The notes: generated from the sequence alone by a model not told the origin. A DNA stretch of 64,000 bases from Dehalococcoidia bacterium (GCA_003523055.1 DPHC01000005.1:152281-216280); one strand, 5' to 3'; positions 1-10,296 are shown, numbered from the stretch's first letter. Numbers and translations are program-made.

Positions 1-830
1 GATATTGTCAGTTGGACATCGATAATTTTTGTTGATTGTAATGTGTTTGGAATGGTCAATATGTCCCCACGATTGATTTCAGATTTAGAGATTCCAGATA
101 AATTAACCGCTAGCCGTACGCCGGGTTGTGTCATTTCGACTTTCTCACTGTGTGACTGGAGTCCTCTAATTCTTCCGCGAACTCCGGTGTTGGCTATTTC
201 TATTTCTTGCGAAATTCTTAATGGACCATCAATTAGAGTGCCTGTTACTACAGTGCCGAATCCCGATATTGTGAAACAACGATCTATAGGGAGTCTAGGT
301 ATTTTGAAATTTATTGGAGGTTCAGAGCTAATTAGCATGCTGTCAATTTGAGCTTTTAAAGCATCTAATCCATCTAAAGTAGCAGAAGACACACTTATTA
401 TTGGGCTGTTTTTTATACTTGTCCTTTCGATGGTCTCAATTATTTCTTCTTTTACCACAGCTATGATTTCTTCATCTACTAAATCACATTTAGTTATAAC
501 TACTATGGAGTTAGGAATTTTTAGAGTATCTAATATTGATAAATGCTCAATAGTTTGAGGCATGACACTTTCATCTGCTGCAACGATGAGCAAAGCTAAA
601 TCAATTGATCCTACGCCGCTTAACATATTTTTAATGAATTTTTCGTGTCCTGGAACATCTACAATACTTACATGATTGCCTGATGGAAGAATCAGATCTG
701 CAAATCCTAGATCTACAGTCATTTCGCGAGCTTTTTCTTCAGGTAATCTATCAGGATCTATATTAGTTAAAGCTTTAACCAATGAAGATTTACCATGATC
801 AACATGCCCAGCTGTCCCTAATACAAACAT
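1..830 (-). CDS. selB: Selenocysteine-specific elongation factor SelB, N-terminal part (3' end lies beyond the window start)
   Basis: Absent from the ORF track because no stop codon falls inside the window. Reverse translation from ATG (830-828) gives [43 protein letters not shown]...[38 protein letters not shown]...VITKCD...[24 protein letters not shown]...INRGDIL. The GTPase G1/G3/G4 boxes plus the DRLPEEK and DRxFTIxGxGxVVTG signatures are typical of SelB. The frame stays open to position 1. Confidence 0.85.
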   Translation of the reverse strand, partial: MFVLGTAGHVDHGKSSLVKALTNIDPDRLPEEKAREMTVDLGFADLILPSGNHVSIVDVPGHEKFIKNMLSGVGSIDLALLIVAADESVMPQTIEHLSILDTLKIPNSIVVITKCDLVDEEIIAVVKEEIIETIERTSIKNSPIISVSSATLDGLDALKAQIDSMLISSEPPINFKIPRLPIDRCFTISGFGTVVTGTLIDGPLRISQEIEIANTGVRGRIRGLQSHSEKVEMTQPGVRLAVNLSGISKSEINRGDILTIPNTLQSTKIIDVQLTI

Positions 831-845
831 AATTTTTTCACTTCC

Positions 846-2123
846 TTATAAGAATTCTTCAAATATCCCATTTGATACAAATATTTTGGAAGGAGATAGT
901 TTTATTTGGGATTCGGAATTTTCAATCAACTGGGATTCGACCAGGGTTTTTAATTGGCTTTTATATATAGATTTTAAATCAATTCCAAATATTTTGTGAT
1001 ATTCCCGAGTGTTGATTCCATTAAGTAATCTTAAACCTAAAAACATAAGTTCAGAAGATATTTGCTCTTTAGTTAATATTTCAAAGCCATCTATTAAATT
1101 GTGATCAGATAAAAATTTTTCGTTAATGGCATGTTGTGCGTGATTAGAGGTTCCTGTCCCATGTAATAATGATTCCTGCACGTATTTTTTAGGAGATTTA
1201 ATTGCCCAAAATCTGGCATTGCCTATATTTGAATGTGCTCCTGGCCCGAGACCGATGTATGGCTTTCGTTGCCAGTAAGCTAAATTGTGTCTTGAATAGT
1301 TGTGGTTTTTAGCCCAGTTAGATATCTCGTAATGTTCGAATCCGTTGTTTATTAAATGGCTTTGAGCAATTTGGTACATATCTGCAACAATATCATCTGG
1401 AGGTAAAGAAATAACTCCTTTGGCATACATGGAATAGAAAGGAGTTCCTTCTTCTATAGTTAAGCTATACATTGAAATGTGTTGAATATTGGTAGCTAAT
1501 ATTTGACTCAAAGTTTCATCCCAATCCTGTATGGTTTGCCCAGGTAAGCCATACATTAGATCAACACTGATATTGTTGAAACCTGAATTCTGAGCATTGG
1601 ATATAGCTGATATAGCAGTAGAGCTATTATGCCTACGGCTTAAAGTGGTTAATAAGTTGTCTTTAAGGGATTGTACTCCGATACTTAACCTATTGATCCC
1701 AGAATCAAAAAGTTCTTGGCATTTTTCTAAATGTAGATCATCAGGGTTAGATTCAAGTGTTATTTCGATATCGTCAGATAAATAGCTATATTTTTGTATT
1801 GTTTTTAAAATTTTTCCAATTGAATGGGAATCTAATAAAGAAGGAGTTCCACCTCCAAAAAATATAGTGTTTATTTTTGGATTTTGTAATGAAGTCAGCC
1901 ATCTTTGTATGTCCAGGCATAATGCATTTACGAACGCAGGTATGAGGTCTTCTATTCCTTGATAGGTATTGAAGTCACAATAAGAGCATTTTGTCTTACA
2001 AAATGGTATATGTAAGTATAAAGACAATCCTATTTGTTCTATAGAACTGTTTCCCACTGAGGACTCAAAAGAGCTTGGCTTCTCGGGTTTGATTTTTTCA
2101 GTCATTAATATTCCCCTTCCCAT
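846..2123 (-). CDS. hemW: Radical SAM HemW/HemN-like protein (heme chaperone / coproporphyrinogen-III-oxidase-like)
   Basis: LYLHIPFCKTKCSYCDF (CxxxCxxC radical-SAM motif), GGGTPSLL, and a HemN_C-like tail. The start may be M7 (2105), which gives an 8-nt overlap with the upstream gene. Lies 15 nt upstream of selB on the same strand. Confidence 0.8.
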   Translation of the reverse strand: MGRGILMTEKIKPEKPSSFESSVGNSSIEQIGLSLYLHIPFCKTKCSYCDFNTYQGIEDLIPAFVNALCLDIQRWLTSLQNPKINTIFFGGGTPSLLDSHSIGKILKTIQKYSYLSDDIEITLESNPDDLHLEKCQELFDSGINRLSIGVQSLKDNLLTTLSRRHNSSTAISAISNAQNSGFNNISVDLMYGLPGQTIQDWDETLSQILATNIQHISMYSLTIEEGTPFYSMYAKGVISLPPDDIVADMYQIAQSHLINNGFEHYEISNWAKNHNYSRHNLAYWQRKPYIGLGPGAHSNIGNARFWAIKSPKKYVQESLLHGTGTSNHAQHAINEKFLSDHNLIDGFEILTKEQISSELMFLGLRLLNGINTREYHKIFGIDLKSIYKSQLKTLVESQLIENSESQIKLSPSKIFVSNGIFEEFL

Positions 2124-2448
2124 CTACGACATTATCAGGGTCTAATTCTTCTGGTCGACTATTTTTTTTAGGAAGGTTCAAAATCTCATCAATTACATAT
2201 TGCGGAGAAAATTTTATTAACACAAAAATAGCTATAACAAGTGCTATTAAATCGTCTATTCTGCCTACATATGGAATGACATCAGGAGTTAAATCATAAG
2301 GAGCTAATATATACGCGATGCACGCTATCACAATTAATTTTACGATTTTACTTACACGTTTATCGAAGAAAAGTTTTGCTAAAAGGCGTATTAGCTTTAA
2401 GATTGTTGGCAACAACCTTAAAGCTAACATTAATAATGGTATTTTCAT
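2098..2448 (-). CDS. DUF1232 (YkvA-like) small membrane protein
   Basis: YILAPYDLTPDVIPYVGRIDDL motif flanked by hydrophobic helices. Confidence 0.55.
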   Translation of the reverse strand: MKIPLLMLALRLLPTILKLIRLLAKLFFDKRVSKIVKLIVIACIAYILAPYDLTPDVIPYVGRIDDLIALVIAIFVLIKFSPQYVIDEILNLPKKNSRPEELDPDNVVDGKGNIND

Positions 2449-2500
2449 TATAATGATCCTGTTAGTAAACGATACATTTATATAGCCTAGTATTTTTTAT

Positions 2501-2962
2501 TTAGGGCTTTACCCAAAAAGGGGCTCTTTTTTTTTGGGGTTTTAAGAGTTCTTCATTAGGTGCTGTAAGTTCGTATTCCAATGGATTAGGTATTGAGTAT
2601 CCTATTTTTTCAAATATTTCTGTGTTGCTGTAATATGCGTCATATGTGAACCGTAATAAAGTGGAGAAAAAAACAGGAGAGCTTATCTCAATTTGCTTCA
2701 AAATTTCAATTTGCTCAGTGCTTGGTAATTTAACAAAAGTTTCCTTATGTAATGACATGGCTAAAATATCTATTTGCTGGAGTCCTTCAAGTATTAATTT
2801 AGCAGTAGACGGAGTCCGAGAGGACAAATCGCTTATTGTGGGTTCGAGATAGAGTTGACTTGCAGAAGGCATTAAATCGCTTTCAGGAATCAATTTATTT
2901 AGAACGGCACTTAAAATTTTGCTTCGGTTATCGTCAAATATAGTTTTGATGTTAATTTCCAT
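2501..2962 (-). CDS. Hypothetical protein, possibly gluconate 2-dehydrogenase subunit-3-like family
   Basis: Pattern LNKLIPESD..PSASQL...FVKLPSTEQIEILKQIE...FFSTLLRFTYDAYYS resembles that family. I see no Tat signal. Confidence 0.35.
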   Translation of the reverse strand: MEINIKTIFDDNRSKILSAVLNKLIPESDLMPSASQLYLEPTISDLSSRTPSTAKLILEGLQQIDILAMSLHKETFVKLPSTEQIEILKQIEISSPVFFSTLLRFTYDAYYSNTEIFEKIGYSIPNPLEYELTAPNEELLKPQKKRAPFWVKP

Positions 2963-2984
2963 TTTTACTCTCCATTATTCCTTG

Positions 2985-4745
2985 TTATGAGGGAATTATT
3001 GGTAGTGTTATATGTGAAGGGTATTTAGCACTATGAAATATGGTTTGTTTTGCTGATAGTAATTGGGTGTCACTTCCGAGTTTTGATCCTGTATTTGGGT
3101 TACGGTCGAATCTCGGGAAGTTACTACTAGATATTTCTACTCTAATGCTGTGCCCTGGCATTATTACATGACTTGTAGACCATAAGTCTATTGTGTATTC
3201 ATAAATTATATTAGGTGTTATGTGAGTTGGTGTTTTTCTAGACGTTCTAAATCTTGCACGGATAATTCCGTCTTGTAAATTTTGTGAATATCCTGAAGGA
3301 TGAACGTCTATTAACTTAGCAGTAAAATCAGTGTCGCAAGCCGTTGACGAAGCAAATAGTTTGACTTTAATTGGTCCGGTTAACTCTAATTCTCGTTTTA
3401 ATGGTTCTGTTGTGTAAACTAGAATGTCTTCTCGTTCTTCCAGAGGACGTTGATCCGCAACTCCATGAGAAATGATTAAAGTATTACCTCCGCGCGTGGG
3501 AACAGGCGACCGAGGGTCATATATATAAGAATCATCAGGTTCATCGTATGGAGCTAAAGTGTTTAATATCCCATCTCCATGGCGGCTATTAGCTTTGCCT
3601 AATGAATGGAAATAAAAATTAGTATATTGAGTTCTTGCTAGAGGCCATTCATTTTCAGGGCGCCATTCGTTTTTTCCCATTACGAAAATTAAAACAGGGG
3701 AGGTTTTTTGGATTCCTGTATCTTTATTTTTTAACCAATAGTCAAACCAATTAAGTAGATGTTCATGCAGTTCCATAGGAGAATTAGCTCCAAAATCAAT
3801 ATCCCCAGCGCCTTTAGTGGTTGCTTCAGTAAAAGGTCTTATGTGAGCCCAAGGACCAACTATTAATCTCTGATTGTCTCTTGCTAAAGTATTGCCGCCA
3901 TCGCAAGAAATGGACTGAAATCCATTAAGACAACCTTCCAGGAATATATCGTACCAACCACCAACATGCAGCATTGGTACTTTAACGTTTTGAGATTTTT
4001 TATTTAGATTAATGTCCCACCAATAAGGATTATCATTTTCATTGTCGAAGTATTCTTGTAAATAAGGGGCAACTTCTTTTAGTTTGTCAATCCAATCAAT
4101 TAATGGAAGATGGTTATACCATTCATCTTTTAGAGGTCTGGCAAAATTTGTAGTTTCTAAAAGGTACTCTTCAAATTCAGGAACAAGGTCGGATTTTCCT
4201 AGCCTTGCTAAAGTATCAAATCCTTTGTGAATAGCATAAGGTACCAACCAACCCCATTCTAAAGGTCCTCCAGTGTGATATACCCAGCTTTCACGAAAAT
4301 CTGAGGAAGCTGAAACTGGTGCCATGCATTTCAAATTAGGGTGTGACAGAGGGTTGCACGCTAAAGTGTATTGGGTAGCACCTAAATAAGACTGCCCAGT
4401 TGTACCGACGTTTCCGTTTGACCACTCTTGCCTAGATGCCCATTCAATAGTATCGTAACCGTCATTTATCTCTTGGAATAAAGGGTTATACAAGTCTCCT
4501 TCAGAATCGAATCTCCCTCTACAATCTTGGCTTATAACTACATAACCATGTTTGGGAAAAAACCAAAGTGAGTGATCAGGGTCAGAAGCGTAACTATTTT
4601 TCCCGTAAGGACCTCGGTTTATCAAAACAGGGAATTTGCCCGGTCCGTCTGGTTTATAGATGTCTGCAGCTAAATTTACTCCGTCTCTCATAGGAATCAT
4701 GACATCTACATCTCTAATGACTTTATATTCTTCGTTTGTATTCAT
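2985..4745 (-). CDS. CocE/NonD family hydrolase (X-Pro dipeptidyl-peptidase S15-like)
   Basis: IPMRDGVNLAADIYKPDG..FPVLINRGPYGK, a GxSYxG nucleophile elbow (GQSYLG), and a long C-terminal beta-sandwich ending in PSHITLP. Confidence 0.8.
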   Translation of the reverse strand: MNTNEEYKVIRDVDVMIPMRDGVNLAADIYKPDGPGKFPVLINRGPYGKNSYASDPDHSLWFFPKHGYVVISQDCRGRFDSEGDLYNPLFQEINDGYDTIEWASRQEWSNGNVGTTGQSYLGATQYTLACNPLSHPNLKCMAPVSASSDFRESWVYHTGGPLEWGWLVPYAIHKGFDTLARLGKSDLVPEFEEYLLETTNFARPLKDEWYNHLPLIDWIDKLKEVAPYLQEYFDNENDNPYWWDINLNKKSQNVKVPMLHVGGWYDIFLEGCLNGFQSISCDGGNTLARDNQRLIVGPWAHIRPFTEATTKGAGDIDFGANSPMELHEHLLNWFDYWLKNKDTGIQKTSPVLIFVMGKNEWRPENEWPLARTQYTNFYFHSLGKANSRHGDGILNTLAPYDEPDDSYIYDPRSPVPTRGGNTLIISHGVADQRPLEEREDILVYTTEPLKRELELTGPIKVKLFASSTACDTDFTAKLIDVHPSGYSQNLQDGIIRARFRTSRKTPTHITPNIIYEYTIDLWSTSHVIMPGHSIRVEISSSNFPRFDRNPNTGSKLGSDTQLLSAKQTIFHSAKYPSHITLPIIPS

Positions 4746-4904
4746 GACTCACCTTTACCATCCATAATCTGAACCTGATTTAAGAATAACTGTTGCCTAT
4801 AAATGAGTCAACGCTACCAAGATACGATAGAGTTGTCTATTGCTTGTAAATACACCTTCTAGCGTATAGAATCCGGAAACCTTGTAAGTATTGGAGATAA
4901 TATA

Positions 4905-6161
4905 TTGGATGCCAAAAAAACCAGTAGTTTTAATCTAAGTTCAGTATCATTATTAAGTGTTTTATCTGTAGGGCACGGTATAACACATTGGTATATGTCG
5001 GCATTTTTATATCTGATTCCATATATAAAAACATCATTGGGCCTATCATCTCTTCAAATTGAAGTATTCCATGTGTTGAGGCAGTTAAGTGGTGGAATAG
5101 TCACAATGATAGCTGGTTTCATTATTGACAGATTAAACAACAAATGGGGGTTAATACTTACTGGTTGCTTGTTTTTAGCTGCAATTATTTTTGGAGCTTT
5201 AGGAGTTTCCAAGTCTTATATATATTTATTAATACTTGCTGCGATAATGCCTTTGCCGGGGCAAATTTGGCATATACCTTCTATAGCTACAATATCCCAG
5301 AGACTTCCAGACAAAAGAGGTTTTGGTTTATCAGTGCATGGAATAGGAGCTCAAGTCGGTTCAACTGCAGGCCCGTATGTTACTGGACTAATAATAGCTT
5401 CTTCGGTGATAACGGGACTGGCATGGGAACCTTGGAGGTCTGCCACCGTAATATACGTCATTCCTACTGTTATAGCAGCTCTGATTATTTGGGCCACGTT
5501 AGGTAAATTAGGGAGTGTGGCTAATAACGGACAAGTTATTGATTTAATCACAAGAGTTAAAAATGCTAAATTTTTATTAAAAAATAAGGTCATATTAATC
5601 CTTGTTCTGGTTATATTTTTACGGAATAGTGGCTTCAATTCATTGATGGTTTGGGTTCCTCTTTATTTAGCTGGAGATTACCAAGAAAGCTTGGGCTATA
5701 GCCCAAGCTTATATGGTTTTTATTTTTCGTTATTGACTCTTTTTGGCGCTATTTCTGCTCCAGTATTAGGATGGTTATCTGATAAATATTCCCGGAAAAT
5801 AGTATTAGTCCCGAGTTTATTAATAGCGTCAGTTTTAGTCGGAACGATACCAATTATTGGAGCCGATTCAAAGTTACTGTTAGGTATAGTTTTTGCTTTA
5901 ACAGGGTTGTTTACTTACTCCCTTGGCCAATTATTACAAGCAGCTGTACTTGATCAAATAGGAACGGGCAGTGAAGGGGCGACAATGGGATTGGTTTTGG
6001 GAGCTAATAGCATTATTAGTGCAGTGTCTCCACTTATTGCAGGTCGCTTAATTGTTGCTAATTTTGGTATAAGCAATGTGTTTTATTACAACATGTCGTT
6101 ATGGCTGGCATCTGCTGTGTTATTGTTATGGGTTAAATTAAAAAATCCTAATCAGAGTTAA
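4905..6161 (+). CDS. MFS transporter
   Basis: About 12 hydrophobic helices across 418 aa. TTG start with GGAG 10 nt upstream. Confidence 0.7.
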   Translation: MDAKKTSSFNLSSVSLLSVLSVGHGITHWYMSAFLYLIPYIKTSLGLSSLQIEVFHVLRQLSGGIVTMIAGFIIDRLNNKWGLILTGCLFLAAIIFGALGVSKSYIYLLILAAIMPLPGQIWHIPSIATISQRLPDKRGFGLSVHGIGAQVGSTAGPYVTGLIIASSVITGLAWEPWRSATVIYVIPTVIAALIIWATLGKLGSVANNGQVIDLITRVKNAKFLLKNKVILILVLVIFLRNSGFNSLMVWVPLYLAGDYQESLGYSPSLYGFYFSLLTLFGAISAPVLGWLSDKYSRKIVLVPSLLIASVLVGTIPIIGADSKLLLGIVFALTGLFTYSLGQLLQAAVLDQIGTGSEGATMGLVLGANSIISAVSPLIAGRLIVANFGISNVFYYNMSLWLASAVLLLWVKLKNPNQS

Positions 6162-6165
6162 TTTT

Positions 6166-6777
6166 TTAATCATCTAAAAAACCTTTTAAATCGTCTTTTA
6201 ATATTTGCCAATGATCTTTTAACTGGATCTTTTCAGCACATGTTAAATCATTGTAAGTTTTATTGAATTCTTTAAAATACCATATGGGATAAACCCAAAA
6301 TTCATCTGGTAATTGTTTAGTGACTGTGCGGGTTATAGTGCCTGTTGGGCCGAATGCATTGAAAGAAGTTATTAAGTTTCCGTTGGCGGCAATAGCGATA
6401 CTTTCAGTCCATTGTGCGATTCTGTTCTGCTCTGTATGGTCTTTTAAAATATTTACTAAATGATCAGCACGTTCAGAATTTGTAGCGTTTTTACCTGCAT
6501 TCCGTTTTGTGTGAATACTTTCCCATTCGTTGGCCAGTGAAGGGATGATTATTCCTCCATCTGATGATATTACTGGTTTATTAGTTAATTTAGACCAAGA
6601 TATGGCTTTTTGTTCAGCAATTTCTCTGTGGTTGGAGCCAGATTCCGGAGGGTCGTGGTAGAGAGAAAAATCGTCCGGAGTATAGATAATGATAGAAGTT
6701 TGGTTGAATAACTTTTTAATTTCAAGTTGTTTAGAAAAGTTATTGCTCCCGATTAATATTTCTTTTATGGAAAGCAT
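6166..6777 (-). CDS. Divergent Ham1/ITPase-like (non-canonical NTP pyrophosphatase-like) protein
   Basis: ILIGSNNFSKQLEIKKLF, PESGSNHREIAEQKA, ISSDGGI and a C-terminal ...TCAEK...KDHW resemble the RdgB/Ham1 motif order. Weak match, made by eye. Confidence 0.4.
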   Translation of the reverse strand: MLSIKEILIGSNNFSKQLEIKKLFNQTSIIIYTPDDFSLYHDPPESGSNHREIAEQKAISWSKLTNKPVISSDGGIIIPSLANEWESIHTKRNAGKNATNSERADHLVNILKDHTEQNRIAQWTESIAIAANGNLITSFNAFGPTGTITRTVTKQLPDEFWVYPIWYFKEFNKTYNDLTCAEKIQLKDHWQILKDDLKGFLDD

Positions 6778-6787
6778 GTGAAGAGCA

Positions 6788-7459
6788 CTAATTTATAACA
6801 GCCACAGCCCGTGTGGCTGTACCATCTCCGTTTTTTAGTTTTAATGGTAACGCCCAAATCGAGAAAGTTTTGCTAATTAGCAAATGTAAGTTAATTAAAT
6901 TCTCTATAATTGGTATTTCTGCCGTTAATAAAATTCTATGTGCCGGGAAGTCTGTTTTTGTTGATTTAGAAGTTTTAGGATGTTTGTCTATTGGGAAATC
7001 TATAGCCACGGCCTTGATGCTCGAGTCTCTTAAAAATAGTGCTGCTTCGTTGCTTAAGTACGGCCCTGATGAATAATAGTTATCTTTTCCGGAATTAGTT
7101 TCTGCCCATCCTGTGAATAAGACAACTATTTTTTGTTTAATGCTTTGTTCCTGGAGAGCCTCTAGGAGGTCTTGTTTTGATATTGGGCTTTGTGATTGGA
7201 AACAATCACGTAAATCGACAAGGATAGCGGGTCCGACAAATTTTTCTAGAGGCATTTCGTCGATAGTTTTACCTGTTTCTACAAAGTGATACGGAGCATC
7301 CACATGGGTTCCAATATGTGTTGGTAGAGTAAGTTTGGTATTAGATCTGGCATGAGTTTCGTGTGTCTGTAGAGGAGTCGTTTCTACTGTTGTTAGCCCC
7401 GGCACAGCTGTAATACGATCTCCTCCAAGAGTTAATGTGAGATCTATTAGTTGGTTCAA
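6788..7459 (-). CDS. Cyclase family protein (kynurenine/aryl-formamidase-like)
   Basis: HIGTHVDAPYHF metal-binding motif. 4-nt overlap with the upstream acyl-CoA-dehydrogenase-like gene. Confidence 0.7.
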   Translation of the reverse strand: MNQLIDLTLTLGGDRITAVPGLTTVETTPLQTHETHARSNTKLTLPTHIGTHVDAPYHFVETGKTIDEMPLEKFVGPAILVDLRDCFQSQSPISKQDLLEALQEQSIKQKIVVLFTGWAETNSGKDNYYSSGPYLSNEAALFLRDSSIKAVAIDFPIDKHPKTSKSTKTDFPAHRILLTAEIPIIENLINLHLLISKTFSIWALPLKLKNGDGTATRAVAVIN

Positions 7460-8604
7460 TTGCTCATACTCATATTGAATAATTGTTCATAAGCTAATGC
7501 CCATGGGGGCCTTAAAAATCCGAGCGCCCTCACATCTTCTAACCATCCTCCAAGGGGAGAATACCATGTGTATGCTGTTCCTCCGGTTAACTTGCACAAT
7601 CGGTTCAATATTGAGTCTGCCAGTACTGCAACTGTTTCTTTAAGCATTAACGAATTATTTCTATTAGATGTCCCATTATCGATTGACAATAAAGTGTTTT
7701 CCAGTGCTTGATTAATTAACCAATACTCTTGTTCAGCTTTTGTCCATTCTACTTCCTGAAATGCTTTTAATTTTGGTGTATTAACAAGAATTTTTTCTAA
7801 ATTAGATTTACAATGTTCCATAGCAGTATCAACCACTCCTGTAATTACAGAAGTAAATGCAACTGGTCCGAGACCTCCATTTGAGGCCATTAATTCTGTT
7901 GCATGGCCTGGCCATGCGATCCGGGTTGCCGGAAAGTTTGTAAATGTGAAGGCATGACTATTAGTTGACCGCATTCCTCTACCTTTCCAAGGATTATCAA
8001 GTTTAACTCCTTTTGATCCATCCCAAGGCAGATTTTTTACGTTGATAAAAAAGATATCAGGTGTTTCTTCGCCTTCTGGAACAGCTCTTGTTGACATAAA
8101 AGATGTCCTGCCTGAACCGCTACCGAAGTGTTTTTTGCCTGTCATAAAATATTTCAAACCAGAATCTAGTTTAGTAGCAGTTTTCGTTAAGCCTGAATCC
8201 CCTCCGCTTCCTGGCTCCGATACTATTGTTCCCCACCAGTTTCCATCTAATACTGTTTGGAAAACCTCTGATTTTTGGGTATTCCATTGTTCTAAATATT
8301 CATCTGGTACATCTCCAACTCTCCAAGGAGATAGCACTCCTTGGTGCATGGTGCTAGATAATGCTACAGAGGGATCCCCAGAGGCTAATATTCTGATGAT
8401 TTTGCAAATTGAACTTCCTGAACTTTGTAAGTTTGTCCAGAGTCCACCGAATTCTTTTGGCACACCGAGTAATGGAACATTGATGGACATTAATTGGTTG
8501 TAGTCGGATTCTTGAAGTTCAGTTCTTTGTTGCCGTTCAAAAACTTGAGCCTTCCATTCTGTTGCAATTTGTTTAGCGTTTTTTGTAACTGTAGCTATAT
8601 CCAT
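7456..8604 (-). CDS. Acyl-CoA dehydrogenase family protein (possibly a flavin-dependent monooxygenase type)
   Basis: VSEPGSGGD motif, three-domain length (382 aa), LGVPKEFGG near the N-terminus. Confidence 0.6.
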   Translation of the reverse strand: MDIATVTKNAKQIATEWKAQVFERQQRTELQESDYNQLMSINVPLLGVPKEFGGLWTNLQSSGSSICKIIRILASGDPSVALSSTMHQGVLSPWRVGDVPDEYLEQWNTQKSEVFQTVLDGNWWGTIVSEPGSGGDSGLTKTATKLDSGLKYFMTGKKHFGSGSGRTSFMSTRAVPEGEETPDIFFINVKNLPWDGSKGVKLDNPWKGRGMRSTNSHAFTFTNFPATRIAWPGHATELMASNGGLGPVAFTSVITGVVDTAMEHCKSNLEKILVNTPKLKAFQEVEWTKAEQEYWLINQALENTLLSIDNGTSNRNNSLMLKETVAVLADSILNRLCKLTGGTAYTWYSPLGGWLEDVRALGFLRPPWALAYEQLFNMSMSN

Positions 8605-8647
8605 AGTGTTTATAAATCCTTTTTAATTTATTAGACGGTAATTTGAT

Positions 8648-8977
8648 TTATTTTGTGTTTGTTTCTACCGGGTACTGTTCGGATAACCATTGTTTAAGTC
8701 CACCCTCTAAAATGGAGATATTGTGATATCCAGTTTTCAACAGTATAGTTGCAGCAATAGGCGAATGGTCGTTGCAACTATCGTAAATTATAATTTTTGT
8801 TTTTTTACAAGAGGTTAGTTGTTTTAGTTCCTTTGTTATTTCTGACGCTTTTATATGATATGACGACTTTATATAATTGATATTTCTGTCAATATCATCT
8901 CTAATATCTACGAGGATAAAATGTTTTGAGTTGGCTATTAGGTATGACAACCATGTTGGGGATATATTTGTGTACAT
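8648..8977 (-). CDS. Rhodanese-like domain protein
   Basis: 109 aa. FILVDIRD, an active-site-like Cys loop (IIIYDSCNDHSP) and GGLKQW. Confidence 0.6.
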   Translation of the reverse strand: MYTNISPTWLSYLIANSKHFILVDIRDDIDRNINYIKSSYHIKASEITKELKQLTSCKKTKIIIYDSCNDHSPIAATILLKTGYHNISILEGGLKQWLSEQYPVETNTK

Positions 8978-9131
8978 TTTTACTTTTCACCTATTAAAAA
9001 GATTTAACCTTAAAGTTATTTGAAAGTCAATTTGCTCTTTGACTGGTTTAAGTCAAATAATGAAAGACGCTAGCTGTTGATAGATAGCGGGAATTGGTAT
9101 AATAGTTTTATAAAATTAGCATGGAGGGCTG

Positions 9132-9395
9132 GTGGAAGACCAAGATTTTGTAAATAAATTGAAAGAAAAAATTCAACGCTTAACAGGTGAAAAAATAGTA
9201 CTACATGTTAATACACATAATAAAAATGATATCAGTATAGAATTTAATGGCTCTGAAACTATAGTTAATATGGGAAATAACATATATGAATATTCCGGAT
9301 TTGCTCGAATGTGTGTTGAATATGCAGTCGCTTCAATCACAGAACAACGACCAATTGATGTTCTGGAATTTCATGTTTTGTTGGCTAGGAATTGA
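9132..9395 (+). CDS. Hypothetical protein
   Basis: GTG-start ORF with GGAGGG just upstream. A TTGATA-15-TGgTATAAT promoter-like element lies at about 9078-9104. No family recognised. Confidence 0.4.
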   Translation: MEDQDFVNKLKEKIQRLTGEKIVLHVNTHNKNDISIEFNGSETIVNMGNNIYEYSGFARMCVEYAVASITEQRPIDVLEFHVLLARN

Positions 9396-9802
9396 ATAAT
9401 ATTAATGAACCTAATGTTCAAGTACCGCCATTAGATTTATGCCCATGGTATTATCAATATTGGTTCCTTTATCCATCATTTGTTATATGGCCTCTGTGGT
9501 CCATTTTGACAATAAGATCTCCGTGGCACAATCATTTTTTATTTGGTTCTGTAGCGTGGGCACATTTATTTGTTGGAACATACTTTTTGGTATATATGCC
9601 AGTTTTTGAAGGAGGCAATATACAGTCTACTATTCTTTTCACATTGCCCAGCTTAATTTTTATTCCCATAACGCAAATACATTGGTCTTTTGTGCAAAAG
9701 CCTAAGATAAAAGCATGGCATATAGAAACTGAAAAAAGAAATCAAATCATTACTCAAGAACCTTCTAAAAGAAAGAAACCTCGTAAGCATAAAAGACGAT
9801 AA
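9392..9802 (+). CDS. Hypothetical membrane protein with a strongly basic C-terminus
   Basis: 3-4 hydrophobic helices and a KRKKPRKHKRR tail. 4-nt overlap with the preceding ORF. Confidence 0.4.
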   Translation: MNNINEPNVQVPPLDLCPWYYQYWFLYPSFVIWPLWSILTIRSPWHNHFLFGSVAWAHLFVGTYFLVYMPVFEGGNIQSTILFTLPSLIFIPITQIHWSFVQKPKIKAWHIETEKRNQIITQEPSKRKKPRKHKRR

Positions 9803-9806
9803 ATTT

Positions 9807-10190
9807 TCATGAAAGAATTCTTACAGGAACTGATGCAGAAGCAATTCCGTAAATTGTTTTTGCATCCGATTCAAATTCAAATTCTAAGTTAATTACTTTT
9901 GCTCCTTCGGATTGTTTATTTATTACAGTTCCGCTTACTGATAAATTAATAGTTAATGGAATTTGCCTCAGTAAGTCAATTTGTATCCAATCATAATAGT
10001 CATAGGATTTGTCTACAGGAATGGTTTTGCACACAGCTTCATAAACATAATCTTTAAGTGATTCAATATCGTAAAATTGATCTTCTAATCCCTCGTCGGG
10101 TTGAAAATGAACCCATTTTATTAGTGTAGGTAATTCATCTCCTGGAAGAACATTTTCGTAATTAAAGGTTTTGCCCCAAAGCCTAGTCAT
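9807..10190 (-). CDS. Hypothetical protein (possibly hotdog-fold)
   Basis: 127-aa ORF that fills the gap. Family not recognised with any certainty. Confidence 0.35.
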   Translation of the reverse strand: MTRLWGKTFNYENVLPGDELPTLIKWVHFQPDEGLEDQFYDIESLKDYVYEAVCKTIPVDKSYDYYDWIQIDLLRQIPLTINLSVSGTVINKQSEGAKVINLEFEFESDAKTIYGIASASVPVRILS

Positions 10191-10296
10191 TCGTACTTCT
10201 CCTTGCGCATTGTTAATACCTGTGAAAGATATATTATATAATTGAAATTTACGATTTTTAATAAATACAAAACTATTAATCTAAGGAGATAATATA

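Noticed and set aside
43-351. 102-aa plus-strand ORF in the track
   Set aside because: It lies entirely antisense to the strongly supported selB reading frame and has no recognisable motifs. It is a shadow ORF.
5144-5638. ORFs 5144-5506 (plus) and 5351-5638 (minus) inside the MFS transporter gene
   Set aside because: These are alternative-frame or antisense ORFs within a coherent 12-helix transporter frame.
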